The notes: a model not told the origin generated them from the sequence alone. A stretch of 64,000 bases of DNA from Chamaesiphon sp. (GCA_965246715.1 CBDFFH010000047.1:128001-192000), one strand, 5' to 3'. Counted from the first letter of the stretch, positions 19,418-29,969 are shown. Numbers and translations are program-made.

Positions 19418-21004
19418 ATGGAATATTGGGAGTTTCTAATTCAGCGTGAGGGCGATCGTGGCTGGCGCTCGATTAAAACAGGTAATTTGCAACTGATGGA
19501 AGGTAATTACCGCATCGTTGCCAATAGTAACCTCCTCAACGCACCCGTACAGCTGCGCATCACTCACCAATTATTGGGTGCAACGCTACCACAACGCCGA
19601 TCGCTGGTACGCGATCGGGTAAGCAATGCAAAGGGTACGCTCTTGATTATCCCTTATACCCAATTGCATTCCGGCATTTGGCAATTTGTATGCACTGGCA
19701 CCACTACGGCCCAGACGACATGGCATAAAGTTCTCAAACTCAGAGTTTTACCGCGTTCGCCGCTCGATCGACAGCCTGGTTCGACTCGTACCGCTTCAGC
19801 TTCAGAACCAGATCTTGCCGTGTCGTCGATCGAGAGTCCCGATCTTACTCATGCCGCTCCAGTAAAAGTTGTGACGTTCTCTAGCGTTGAAGAGATCGAA
19901 GCTGTGCCGACACCGACGCAGCCAGTAGTTGCTGGTGCCATAGACGAAGTGCCGGAAACTTGGGCGGAGGGATTAGAGCGATTGTTAGCGCAAATCGAGC
20001 GCGAATCATTACAGCCGCAACAACAACTTGTCACGAGTGCTAGATCTGGGGTTGGCGAAGCCACTGTGGTAGCGGCGGCTAAGAAAACAACTACTTGGGA
20101 TGACGATCCCATTCAGCTCATGGAAATCGATCCACCACCTTCACAACCGATCGAATTAGATCGTACGATCTTTGCTGGCACGCTTCTCGGCGATCGGTTG
20201 GCGATTAGTGGTGCTTGCAATTTACAATTACTCAGTCCCAATCTCGCCCGCGCAGTCAAGATCGATCGATTGTCGATCTGTTTGCGCCATCCCCAAACTT
20301 CCGAACAGATCGTGGCGATCGAACGCGCTTTACCAGCAGATCTGAGCGCTTTTACCTTTAGCGGTCGAGTAGATTTACCGAGCGAGCTAGGAATTACCCT
20401 CTTACGTGGCGAAGTCAATCTTTACGATCGGCATAATATTCAACTGGGATCGAGGAGCTTTACTGTTACAGTCGATCTCAATCCGATCGCGGAGTCAGAT
20501 CGCTCTCTATTATCCTTGTTCGATACGTCACCGATTACCGGAGCGGCGCATTCTAGAAGTTTTCCCGAAAATCTGCGCGCTCGACTCGATCGCGAGTTGC
20601 AAATGGAAACATTTACGCCCCAAGGAGCGGGTACAGATCTTCGCGAGTCCCATACTAATCCGCCAACTCACATTCCACCCTTAACTCCCAGCCAATATCC
20701 TGCTGTGCCGCTGGCATACAAGCGGGAACCGAGCTTTAAACCACAACCGGAAATCGTTGCTGATGGTGATAAAGCTGGTGTGTCAAGGCAACCGCTAAGC
20801 GTTGGCGAAGCCTTGCCTGTGGCATTACGAACCGAAAATAGCCGAAATCCAGCTACTTCAAGACCTGCCGAGCTTCAGAATGCCAATCGTCCGGTAGTCG
20901 CTGATGTAACTGGCGATCTGGAGATCGGTTTTGTCCAGCCTACCGTCGATGGTTCCGATCGTGTGCAAGATTACGATACTTGGGAAATCGTCATCGATGA
21001 TTAG
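19418..21004 (+). CDS. Cyanobacterial hypothetical protein
   Basis: 528-aa ORF with RBS gaggt; N-terminus MEYWEFLIQREGDR; low-complexity linkers. Confidence 0.75.
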   Translation: MEYWEFLIQREGDRGWRSIKTGNLQLMEGNYRIVANSNLLNAPVQLRITHQLLGATLPQRRSLVRDRVSNAKGTLLIIPYTQLHSGIWQFVCTGTTTAQTTWHKVLKLRVLPRSPLDRQPGSTRTASASEPDLAVSSIESPDLTHAAPVKVVTFSSVEEIEAVPTPTQPVVAGAIDEVPETWAEGLERLLAQIERESLQPQQQLVTSARSGVGEATVVAAAKKTTTWDDDPIQLMEIDPPPSQPIELDRTIFAGTLLGDRLAISGACNLQLLSPNLARAVKIDRLSICLRHPQTSEQIVAIERALPADLSAFTFSGRVDLPSELGITLLRGEVNLYDRHNIQLGSRSFTVTVDLNPIAESDRSLLSLFDTSPITGAAHSRSFPENLRARLDRELQMETFTPQGAGTDLRESHTNPPTHIPPLTPSQYPAVPLAYKREPSFKPQPEIVADGDKAGVSRQPLSVGEALPVALRTENSRNPATSRPAELQNANRPVVADVTGDLEIGFVQPTVDGSDRVQDYDTWEIVIDD

Positions 21005-21036
21005 CTATTCCCAGCCAGCTTCTTTTCGACACTGCT

Positions 21037-21185
21037 GTGGGGTTGGAAACCCCCGCTAGCGATCCAAAGTCCGCCTATGCGGACTGATTATTTAGTCCGC
21101 GTAGGCGGACTTTGTACTACTAGCACCGATTTCAATCGAGTGCGGTGCTAGAGCGGAGCCAATAGCCTTAACCCGAACTCACGCT
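21037..21185. mobile_element. MITE family A partial copy (right TIR only)
   Basis: Core aaagtccgcctatgcggact..agtccgcgtaggcggacttt; end ccttaacccgaactcacgct. Confidence 0.8.
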
Positions 21186-21290
21186 AGCTTAAGTTTTATA
21201 AATTTTTATCAAATTTTTGTGAGCCTTTTTAGCTGACTAATTCAGGTAAAATCGGGAGTACGATCCAAATATACATAAGGATTTTTAATC

Positions 21291-21398
21291 ATGGCAGCTT
21301 CTTTCTTACCTTCCATTCTCGTCCCTACTGTTGGCTTAGTATTTCCAGCGGTAGCGATGGCATTTTTATTCTTGTATATCGAACGCGATGCGATCTAG
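21291..21398 (+). CDS. psaI: Photosystem I subunit VIII
   Basis: Manual translation [35 protein letters not shown]. Confidence 0.95.
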   Translation: MAASFLPSILVPTVGLVFPAVAMAFLFLYIERDAI

Positions 21399-21476
21399 TA
21401 ATTTAGGTTACTGCTCATTGCTGACGTAATAATTACCGAAATCGGGAATCGCCAGCGCGAGTACCGATTTCCTAGC

Positions 21477-21508
21477 AAAAAGCCGGACGTGCGAACGTCC
21501 GGCTTTTT
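21477..21508. terminator. Bidirectional intrinsic terminator between psaI and psbJ
   Basis: aaaaagccggacgt-gcga-acgtccggcttttt. Confidence 0.9.
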
Positions 21509-21560
21509 ATTCGATCGGCGGTAATAGGTCGCTGAATGCTGTCTGTTCCCGCCATCTCAA

Positions 21561-21680
21561 TTACATCGAAGAGCCAATTCCGGCATAAGAGCCATAGAAG
21601 AATAAGCTAATAACGACGATTACACCCATACCAGCAACAGTTGCTACCAGCCACAAGGGAATTCTTCCTGGTTCAGACAC
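21561..21680 (-). CDS. psbJ: Photosystem II protein J
   Basis: GTG start; [39 protein letters not shown]. Confidence 0.95.
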   Translation of the reverse strand: MSEPGRIPLWLVATVAGMGVIVVISLFFYGSYAGIGSSM

Positions 21681-21727
21681 GATCTTTTCCTCCTTAAATA
21701 TCCCAACAATAGCGCAAATCGATCGAA

Positions 21728-21847
21728 TTAGTTAAAGAAATAACTAGTAAACAAAATTCCAGTAGTAAATACTAGTAACAGCCCTAAAAATAGCGAACCC
21801 CGGTTGAGTTCTACAGGCTGATTATTTGGATTTGGAGTGCGTTCCAT
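21728..21847 (-). CDS. psbL: Photosystem II protein L
   Basis: [39 protein letters not shown]. Confidence 0.95.
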   Translation of the reverse strand: MERTPNPNNQPVELNRGSLFLGLLLVFTTGILFTSYFFN

Positions 21848-21863
21848 AGTTTGATTTTAAATC

Positions 21864-21998
21864 CTATCTTTGAATGAATTGCATGGCTGCGATCGCGCCA
21901 ATGAAAAATACAGTTGGTACACCCAAAGTGTGAACTGCCAACCATCTGACTGTGAAAATGGGATATGAAATGGGCTGATTTCCGCCGCCGCTAGTCAT
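21864..21998 (-). CDS. psbF: Cytochrome b559 beta subunit
   Basis: [44 protein letters not shown]. Confidence 0.97.
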   Translation of the reverse strand: MTSGGGNQPISYPIFTVRWLAVHTLGVPTVFFIGAIAAMQFIQR

Positions 21999-22137
21999 GG
22001 ATTTTGCTCCTAACACTAAAGTTGATTTAAAGTTTATATTTATTTGTGACTGACCGATTGTTAAATTTTGCTAATTAAATAATAGCGAAGCAATAACATT
22101 AAGCCAGAACTGGCGATAAACTTACCAATAAATATAA

Positions 22138-22392
22138 CTATTTCTTTTGAACAAATTTATCGAGTTGGTCTTTTGATTCAAAGCGATCGGAGACGATCGG
22201 TAGTTCTTGACGAGTCTGGGTAAAGTACTCATCAGGACGAGGTGTACCAAAAGTATCGTAAGCCAAGCCAGTGCTCACAAACAACCAGCCAGCGATAAAC
22301 AATGCTGGAATCGTGAGGCTGTGAATGATCCAGTAGCGAATACTGGTCACAATGTCAGAAAATGGACGTTCTCCGGTTGAGCCGCCTGCCAT
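22138..22392 (-). CDS. psbE: Cytochrome b559 alpha subunit
   Basis: [22 protein letters not shown]. Confidence 0.98.
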   Translation of the reverse strand: MAGGSTGERPFSDIVTSIRYWIIHSLTIPALFIAGWLFVSTGLAYDTFGTPRPDEYFTQTRQELPIVSDRFESKDQLDKFVQKK

Positions 22393-22509
22393 ATCGATCG
22401 CTCCTTAATATTAAATATCCTTACTCGAATCCAGTTTATCTCATTATCTTGAAGAAATGTGATGGGTAGATGAGAGAAATTTTAGGAATTAGTTACTAGC
22501 CACTAATTC

Positions 22510-23511
22510 CTAAGCACTAGCCGCTGGCTGATACTTAAGAATGATCCCCCGCTGACCGATGATAAAACCGCGATCGGGTGCGAAGAACAAAATCTTGTAT
22601 AAGTTCGATGGTACAGTTTCGACATTCTCATCCTTGAGCCAGGTTTTACCAGCATCGTTGCTCACGAGTAAATCGCCACTCCCGCCAGATACCCAAACTT
22701 CTCCAGGCGTGCGGTAGGCAAGATCGAGTAAGCCGAGATTAGTTTTTTGGCCGGGGAATACTTCTTCATCCCAAGTGTCAGGTTTATCGGGACTGCTAAA
22801 TTGCAGTTGTCCGCCCCGTGCGAGCATCCACAGCCGACCGTCGTTGGCAAAGCCCATACTCGAAACTCGGCGCGAACTGTTCCGATTGTGTGGTTCCCAG
22901 GTATCTTGTCCAGGTGCCCAAGTAGAATAGAAATTACCTTTGGCAGATACCGCGACGTATTTCCCTTCTGGCGATCGCGCGATCGTCCGAAAGACACCGA
23001 CGGCTCCACTGACTAGCGATTTCCAGTTTTTACCAAGATCTTGGGTAGCATAAATTGCCCCGATATCGGTAGTCATTTCCGCAGAATTTTTACCCAAAGC
23101 CACGATCGTTGTTGGGGTGCCAGGTAATTTAGCACTGAGGGCAATCCGTTCCCAAGATTTACCAGCATCATTAGTATGCAGCAAAATCGAAGGCTCGCCC
23201 ACGATCCAGCCTTCATCACCTTTAAAACTAATTGAAGTAAAGCGATATTTATCGCTATCTAATTCGAGTTTGCGATTTTCCCAAGTTTTGCCACCATCGC
23301 TAGTTTCCAATAATGCCGCACCACTGCCGATCGCCCAACCATGTCGAGCATCTCCAGTAAAGGTCAGATCTTGGATATTCGATTCGGTGGGTAGCTGAAT
23401 CGGTTGCCAGGGGCTATTAGCTAACGGGGTGATATGGCTACAACTGACACAGAATATCCCGATCGCGACGAGGGTGAAAGTTTGTCTGAGAATTCGTTTG
23501 AGCAGATTCAT
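22510..23511 (-). CDS. ycf48: PSII assembly factor Ycf48 (lipoprotein)
   Basis: BNR repeats, NRNSSRRV motif, conserved rubA-ycf48-psbE synteny. Confidence 0.95.
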   Translation of the reverse strand: MNLLKRILRQTFTLVAIGIFCVSCSHITPLANSPWQPIQLPTESNIQDLTFTGDARHGWAIGSGAALLETSDGGKTWENRKLELDSDKYRFTSISFKGDEGWIVGEPSILLHTNDAGKSWERIALSAKLPGTPTTIVALGKNSAEMTTDIGAIYATQDLGKNWKSLVSGAVGVFRTIARSPEGKYVAVSAKGNFYSTWAPGQDTWEPHNRNSSRRVSSMGFANDGRLWMLARGGQLQFSSPDKPDTWDEEVFPGQKTNLGLLDLAYRTPGEVWVSGGSGDLLVSNDAGKTWLKDENVETVPSNLYKILFFAPDRGFIIGQRGIILKYQPAASA

Positions 23512-23531
23512 TGGTCGGGATGATATTTAGT

Positions 23532-23927
23532 TTAATTTAATGTATATAAGCTAATCAGTATTAAAGCTCCGATTCCCAGGGAACCAAAAATTAATAAGCT
23601 TTTTTGTTCGGCAGTCATGGTGTTGACCCCAAATCCATAACCCTGGTTTTCTTTAAACCCAGAAGCCTTGCCCAATGTCCCGATATTTGTAAAGGCAACT
23701 TTTTTGGCACCACAAGTCGGACATTTCCAGGTAGCAGGTAATACTGTAAAAGGTGTACCAGCAATGATGCCGTTTTTTGGATCGCCTTTATTGGGGTTAT
23801 AGACATAACCACATGCGCGACACTCAAATTGGTCGTCATCCGCTATCTCTACCTGGTTTGGCTTTTTATCCTCAGTCGGTGCCAGATCTGCTGGACTACT
23901 GGGACGATCTTGCTCTAGATCGCTCAT
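23532..23927 (-). CDS. rubA: Membrane-anchored rubredoxin RubA
   Basis: CRACGYVY and WKCPTCG motifs, C-terminal TM. Confidence 0.95.
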   Translation of the reverse strand: MSDLEQDRPSSPADLAPTEDKKPNQVEIADDDQFECRACGYVYNPNKGDPKNGIIAGTPFTVLPATWKCPTCGAKKVAFTNIGTLGKASGFKENQGYGFGVNTMTAEQKSLLIFGSLGIGALILISLYTLN

Positions 23928-24176
23928 AATGTGATTTTAATATTGACTGATTATTAACATACTGTTACAAATTTTGGCATATTATGTCGAAGTTTGGTAC
24001 TGGATTTAGTGAATAGTGGACAGTGAATAGTGGCGATCGATTTTTGGTTGACTCCATTTCCAGCACTGCCGCTACTTCAATCCGTTGGCGAAGCCTCTCG
24101 GAGCGATAATCGCTCTTCTAGGGAGAGCCGACTATCTACTATTCACTGCTCACTGTTCACTGTTCACTGGATTCCC

Positions 24177-25250
24177 ATGTCTATCAAAAAACAACTCTCG
24201 ATCGGTCTCCTCATCTTCGTACCCATCTCGATTGCTGCTAAATATTTACAGTGGGGGGATCTAGCTGTTTTTATTACCTCAGCGCTAGCGATCGTGCCTT
24301 TGGCGATATGGTTGAGTACCGCAACAGAAGAAGTAGCTGTCGTGACAGGATCGGCGGTCGGCGGGCTGTTAAATGCCGTGTTTGGCAATGCCACCGAATT
24401 AATCATCGGCTTGGTAGCACTCAAAGCTGGCTTGATCGATATTGTCAAGGCGAGTATCACTGGCACGATTATCAGCAACCTCCTCTTGGCGATGGGGCTG
24501 TCGATGTTTTTGGGCGGATTGAAGTATAAAGAACAAGAATTCAAACCGATCGTGGCGCAAGTGAGCGGTTCTTCGATGACCTTAGCGGTAATTGCGATTT
24601 TATTACCGACGATGGCTTTTTATGCAGCGAATAAATCTGATGCATTTGCGATCGAAAAACTCTCGATCGCGGTCGCTATCATCTTAATTATCGTCTATGC
24701 CTTGACCTTGCTATTTTCGCTCAAGACGCACAGTTATCTATACGATGTCAGTTTGGTAGATTTAGAAGTCGAAACCACCCGCCACCGACCGGATTTGCGC
24801 CTGTGGTTATCGATTTTGGTCGTGTCTACCCTGGCAGTTGCCTATGAGTCAGAAATGTTTGTTAGTGTGGTGGAGTCAGCAACCAAAGGACTTGGTTTGA
24901 CTCCACTCTTTACCGGAGTCATTTTATTACCGCTTGTCGGTGGCGCGGCAGAATATGTCACAGCAGTAGGGGTAGCGATGAAAAATAACATGGATCTTTC
25001 TGTCTCGGTAGCGATGGGTTCGAGCTTGCTCGTCGCGCTACTCATGGCACCCCTACTAGTTTTGGTGGGATACGCGATCGGTCAACCGATGGATCTCAAT
25101 TTCAATCCCTTTGAAATCGTTGCAGTAGCAGTATCGGTCATCGTTGCTAATTTAATCAGCTTGGACGGTCGATCGAATTGGCTCGAAGGGGCATTATTAC
25201 TGGCAACTTATCTGATCTTAGGTGCGGCTTTCTACTTTCTCCCGATCTAA
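24177..25250 (+). CDS. cax: Ca2+/H+ antiporter
   Basis: GLLNAVFGNATE, GGAAE, SNWLEG; likely start 24177 (the 5' ORF extension is repeat-derived). Confidence 0.92.
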   Translation: MSIKKQLSIGLLIFVPISIAAKYLQWGDLAVFITSALAIVPLAIWLSTATEEVAVVTGSAVGGLLNAVFGNATELIIGLVALKAGLIDIVKASITGTIISNLLLAMGLSMFLGGLKYKEQEFKPIVAQVSGSSMTLAVIAILLPTMAFYAANKSDAFAIEKLSIAVAIILIIVYALTLLFSLKTHSYLYDVSLVDLEVETTRHRPDLRLWLSILVVSTLAVAYESEMFVSVVESATKGLGLTPLFTGVILLPLVGGAAEYVTAVGVAMKNNMDLSVSVAMGSSLLVALLMAPLLVLVGYAIGQPMDLNFNPFEIVAVAVSVIVANLISLDGRSNWLEGALLLATYLILGAAFYFLPI

Positions 25251-26156
25251 ACTGATTCGATCCTTACTACCAATTTTTTAATTACCTGCACATTTTGATT
25301 TACATAGATGGAAAGAGTCATGCGTGCTACTCAAATCGTGTGCTCAGCTCCACTTCTGTCGGCGGTGTGTCGTCTCTAAGTATTAACGATAATTTGTTCC
25401 AAATAGCCGCTACATCTCGATTATGTCTTCAAACCTTGAGGGTTTTTAGCGCAGGAATTAGCATAGTAGCATTAAGGAAAAATGAATAGATTCGCTCGAG
25501 CTAGGGATTGTAGATATTTAAAATCGATTGAAATAAAAAGCTTTGTAAATTATCGATCGACCGTTACTGAGTAAAAATCGATACAAATAAAACTGTTGGT
25601 TGCGATCTGTAAACCCATTTTTGCTTTTTGCTTCAATCTGACTTTTATTAATATTTTCAGCCAAAAGTTTCAATACTTTAAAGTAAACTGCTGTAAATAT
25701 CATATCAATACGCCATTTTGCTGAATTTAATTCGACCGAGAATTTAAAGATTTAAAATTTTCTTACTTAACTATTGAAGTCGATATGTTTTAAATTTTTG
25801 CTAACCGAATCTATCCGGCATAGTCGATCGAATTTGAATATCGCAACCTAAGTAAGTACGCTATTATGCTTAACTTAAATTTGATGTTTCGGTATACATG
25901 TACAGGTTCACAATGATTTATGACTTGGTGTTATTGAACAACAAGTCATTTTACTGAATCCAAAGTTGGTTAAAACTGATATCCTGTAATAAATTTCTTG
26001 CAGGCATACTTACACTAAGCAAAAACTACGATAGCCAAAGTTTAAATCGTTGTAAAAAGTAACTGTGTCTACCTATTTATTATCTATCAGCACCTTAGCT
26101 GTTGAGCTTCACACCACTCTGTTGGTTTCAGAATCCACTAAATTTTTCTTGATCTT

Positions 26157-27096
26157 ATGACTAATTTGTCAAACCATCCCAAATCTTCTGTCGTATTGTC
26201 AAAGTATTTTAGCAACCTCTCGACAAAAGCTGTGGGGTTTGCAGTTACTTCTATTTCCTTTTGTTTGCTAGGTGCCACACCATCCCAAGCAATTAATTTG
26301 TATGGTAACTCAGCATCTTTTGGCAATAACCCAATCTCTATTATCGATACTAACACTGGTCAAGAAAATACCAGATATATTGGACAGCCATCTGGAAATG
26401 GGAGAGGTGTAGTTACTATTGGTAATACTATTTATTATACGGTAACTAACGACTCTAAAAATATACAAAAAAGATCTCGCTACTGGGAATAACCTTGGTT
26501 TTATCCAAACTAGTAATACTAGTATGGCAACACTGGCTTGGGACGGTAACAATTTCTGGACGGCAGATTATTCAGGAACCAACCGAGCTTTTCAGATCGA
26601 TATCAATGGTAACAACATCAAGACCATTACCTTGGCTAATGCTTCGAGATATATGGATGGTCTTGAATACTACAATGGCAAGTTAATTGGAAATCGTGAA
26701 GATGGCGGTGGTATCTATGATGTTTACGATCTTAACGGTAACGTTTTACAAGCAGCTTTTCTGACTAATACCTCAGCTCGAAATCGAGTTGGACTCTATT
26801 CGACGGGTATTGCTTACGATGGAAAGGATTTCTATGTGTCAAATCTCAATGAATCTTCTGTTGGGATTTTTGACGGGACAACTGGTGCGTTTAAGTCAAC
26901 TTTAGCTTTGACACCTAAAGTCGCTGGCAATAGCTTCCTGATTGAAGATCTTTCTTTTGATTATGCTGCTCGTCAGGATACAGGTGGTGGAAGCAGCACA
27001 GCAGTTCCCGAACCTTTCACGATCGTCGGTACGATGATTGGTGGTACAGCCGCACTACGGATGAGAAAAAGACTCAAAGTTACTAACAAACTGTAG
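26157..27096 (+). pseudogene. PEP-CTERM surface protein split by a single-base frameshift
   Basis: Signal peptide in ORF 26157-26492; VPEPFTIVG..MRKRLK tail in ORF 26524-27096; deleting one A in the run at 26457-26461 joins them. Confidence 0.85.
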
Positions 27097-27122
27097 ATTC
27101 AAATAATTTATTAACTCGATCG

Positions 27123-27159
27123 AGTGCCAGATAGACATTAGTTTATCTGGCACTTTTTT
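27123..27159 (+). terminator. Intrinsic terminator
   Basis: agtgccagatagac-atta-gtttatctggcact followed by a T-run. Confidence 0.85.
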
Positions 27160-27282
27160 ATTGGTTCGATCGAGCTAACTAATTTATATTCCCGATGCAG
27201 TTAAAGATCGATCGAGCAGCTTAGAGATATTAATTACCAATAAAATTGTGTCTTAGAGCGTATTTCAATCTGACCTATCATC

Positions 27283-27852
27283 TCACTCAAATTCAATATC
27301 CTCATAAATCTGTTCGATCGAAATTGACAAATCGATACTTTTTAGCTCAATCGTATCTCCCGACTGATAATTAATAATTTGCCAGTTATCCCCATCAGTT
27401 CTGCGAAATAGTTCGATCTCTATCGTATCCGCACTGACTAATACATATTCTTGCAAGCTAGGATTCCGGCGGTACATTTTAAATTTATTACCTCGGTCAT
27501 AAGCTTCAGTACCAGGAGATAAAACTTCGACAATTAAACAGGGGTAAGTAATATACTGAGTGGTAGTTTTATCTCGATCGTCGCAAGTGATACTCAGATC
27601 GGGATAGACAAATTTTGTAGACCCTACGATACCAACCCTACAGTCAGAATTCAGTGTTTTGCATCCACGTCCTCTCATGTGAGCCTTGAGCAGAGCACCA
27701 AAGTTCAGCGCAATAGCACCATGATTAATTGTGCCACCACTCATGGCATAAACTTCACCATCGATATATTCATGGCGCTCTAATTGTTGTTCCTCCCAAG
27801 CAAAATATTCTTCAGGAGTGAATCGTCGAGAATTATCCTCGATCGCAACCAT
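27283..27852 (-). CDS. Uma2 family (DUF820) putative endonuclease
   Basis: HEYIDGEVYAMSGG, YPD, VEVLSPGT, LQEYVLV. Confidence 0.92.
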   Translation of the reverse strand: MVAIEDNSRRFTPEEYFAWEEQQLERHEYIDGEVYAMSGGTINHGAIALNFGALLKAHMRGRGCKTLNSDCRVGIVGSTKFVYPDLSITCDDRDKTTTQYITYPCLIVEVLSPGTEAYDRGNKFKMYRRNPSLQEYVLVSADTIEIELFRRTDGDNWQIINYQSGDTIELKSIDLSISIEQIYEDIEFE

Positions 27853-27924
27853 TTTAAAACCTCAAATTAACTTAGATTAGATAGTATATCGGTTCCTGTT
27901 TCCTGTTCTCGTGAAATACAAAAG

Positions 27925-28671
27925 TTATATTCCTGATGCAGTGAACGCTCGATCGAGATATGTAACGATGTCTAATTTCTCTGCCCATTGTCTGAGATAG
28001 TTGAAATCTAACTTCGATTGTTGGACTTTAATGACACCCAAAACATCCCGCCATTGTTTTTCCGATCGATCGCCCTGTCCCCAAACTAACTTTTGTAAGA
28101 TGATATCTTCAGGACTATAGACCCAGATGCGATCGCCTGTTGGCAATTCAAAACTAATTCGTCGATCTAGCTTGGAGATCGAGAAGGTATCAGATTGTGA
28201 AACAAAGAGATCGATTTTTTCGGCACTAGCCAAACTAATGGCATTAAAAGAAGAATATCGACCCGAAACCGCATCAGCGATCCCCACTTCGCTAATATAA
28301 AATTGCGGCATTAACGCAGCAATTAGCTCTGGTACTCGATCGGGTAGAAGCACGATAACTAAATCTAAGTCTTCACTGTAACGCGGTTCGCCCCATAGAG
28401 AACTTGCCAGCGAACCGCCAACATAATAAGGAATATCACAGAGATCGAGCAGCTTAGAGATATTAATTGCTAGTGAAATTGGATCTTCGACCATTTTTTT
28501 AATCGGACTTAATTCTCTAATACTGCGATCGAGCCGCTGCACCCGTAGTGCCTTTTGCTGTAGGGTTAATTGTTGTAGATGGTGAAAAAATAATACATCA
28601 GCATCGATACTGGTATCGATCGATTGCGCTCGATAACCACTCTTAACTGTTGTGACTGGAATAGCTGGCAT
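27925..28671 (-). CDS. Putative nucleotidyltransferase (pol-beta fold) with N-terminal helical extension
   Basis: YYVGGSLASS...EDLDLV, SPEDIILQKL, KQWRDV. Confidence 0.7.
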   Translation of the reverse strand: MPAIPVTTVKSGYRAQSIDTSIDADVLFFHHLQQLTLQQKALRVQRLDRSIRELSPIKKMVEDPISLAINISKLLDLCDIPYYVGGSLASSLWGEPRYSEDLDLVIVLLPDRVPELIAALMPQFYISEVGIADAVSGRYSSFNAISLASAEKIDLFVSQSDTFSISKLDRRISFELPTGDRIWVYSPEDIILQKLVWGQGDRSEKQWRDVLGVIKVQQSKLDFNYLRQWAEKLDIVTYLDRAFTASGI

Positions 28672-28683
28672 AGGATCGAGATT

Positions 28684-29700
28684 TTAAGATATCTGATGAC
28701 GTTGTAAAATTATCATCTCGCGTCCGACGACTGGCGATCTGGCGATCGATCTCCCCTGAGCATCTTGAATATCTAGCTTGCTAAAATTATTAGCCTTGGC
28801 TTGATTCCACATCCGATCGACGATATTATTCTGACGATCGGCATCGAGAGTATACCAAACCGGATCGAGCTGGACGATTAAGCGATCGCGGGCCAGATCG
28901 ACTTGTAATGTCTGAACGATTTTATCTGGATACTGGCTGGTAATATCGGCGAGCTGAGTCTGAATTGCCTCGATAAACGCCTGCTCGGGACTAATTTGTG
29001 GCGCACTGGCAAGCTTGGGTGGGGCTGTGACGGATGTAGCTGGCACTGTGGCAACTGATGGATCGAATCCTGGCAACGCAAAACTATCGATAAACCAGAT
29101 CGTGACAGTTACCAATGCAATGACAATCGCTGTCAAGATCGGATCGGATAATTGGCGCACTGAGGCTGGGAGGATGCGGCGGAGTTGGTGGATTGTCGCC
29201 GTCCACAAACCCACAGCTCGATCCATTGGCGTAGTTGCAGCGATGCTGGAAGTAAGATTATCGCTACCTGAGAATGTCGGCTTCCGGAGATCTTCATCCC
29301 AAACATCTTCAGTTAGCGATCCGGATATTGGCTCTTTACCCCGGCGTGCTTCTTGGCGGTTGCTATTTTTTACCGTCGCGGCGGGTAATGCCTCATCCCA
29401 ATTATCTGGATCGGGAGTTGTAAATGCTGACGGGGGTGCTACTGCTGGCACGATCTGTTGCGGACGTAAAATTGGGTTATTTTCATTTTCTAATTCCTCA
29501 GCATCAGCCCAATTAGTCTCTTCATCATCGTCATCGTAGCTGGCAGTACTGGAATAATCTGGTAGATCGATATCTTCTAATCGATCGCGCTTATTATTAC
29601 TACGATTATTGGGATTAGCAACTTCTGGCGCTGGAGTTTTCTTTGCAAACCGCCCAAATAATCCTTGCATGAGTTTACCTGTTCTCGATCGGGGTGCCAT
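28684..29700 (-). CDS. Hypothetical membrane protein (acidic disordered N-terminus, 1 TM)
   Basis: 338-aa ORF; C-terminal IARSPVVG. Confidence 0.75.
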   Translation of the reverse strand: MAPRSRTGKLMQGLFGRFAKKTPAPEVANPNNRSNNKRDRLEDIDLPDYSSTASYDDDDEETNWADAEELENENNPILRPQQIVPAVAPPSAFTTPDPDNWDEALPAATVKNSNRQEARRGKEPISGSLTEDVWDEDLRKPTFSGSDNLTSSIAATTPMDRAVGLWTATIHQLRRILPASVRQLSDPILTAIVIALVTVTIWFIDSFALPGFDPSVATVPATSVTAPPKLASAPQISPEQAFIEAIQTQLADITSQYPDKIVQTLQVDLARDRLIVQLDPVWYTLDADRQNNIVDRMWNQAKANNFSKLDIQDAQGRSIARSPVVGREMIILQRHQIS

Positions 29701-29969
29701 AATTTAGATTGCTTGCACGAATCGCAAGTTTTTAAGAGTGTTTTGCCATACCACCATGTTGGAATTGAATTACCTTGGTTACCGATCTCGCAAAAGATCG
29801 AATGGCGCGATCGATCTACCTTGATGAGTGCGATCGAGAATAGTTACGATGTCTTTGCTTGACTGAGGAGATCTAACTCATTGGCCTTATGCAGTCGACC
29901 TCGATTATTTCAGCTCCATCTTAATCTATTATCTTTGCTAGGTCAGCCAATTACAAATCATCAAAATTT

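Noticed and set aside
24030..24176. N-terminal extension of cax
   Set aside because: Encoded by SDR-like and heptamer repeats; ATG 24177 fits the family start
25295..25703. Two ~60-aa ORFs
   Set aside because: AT-rich, no RBS or motif support
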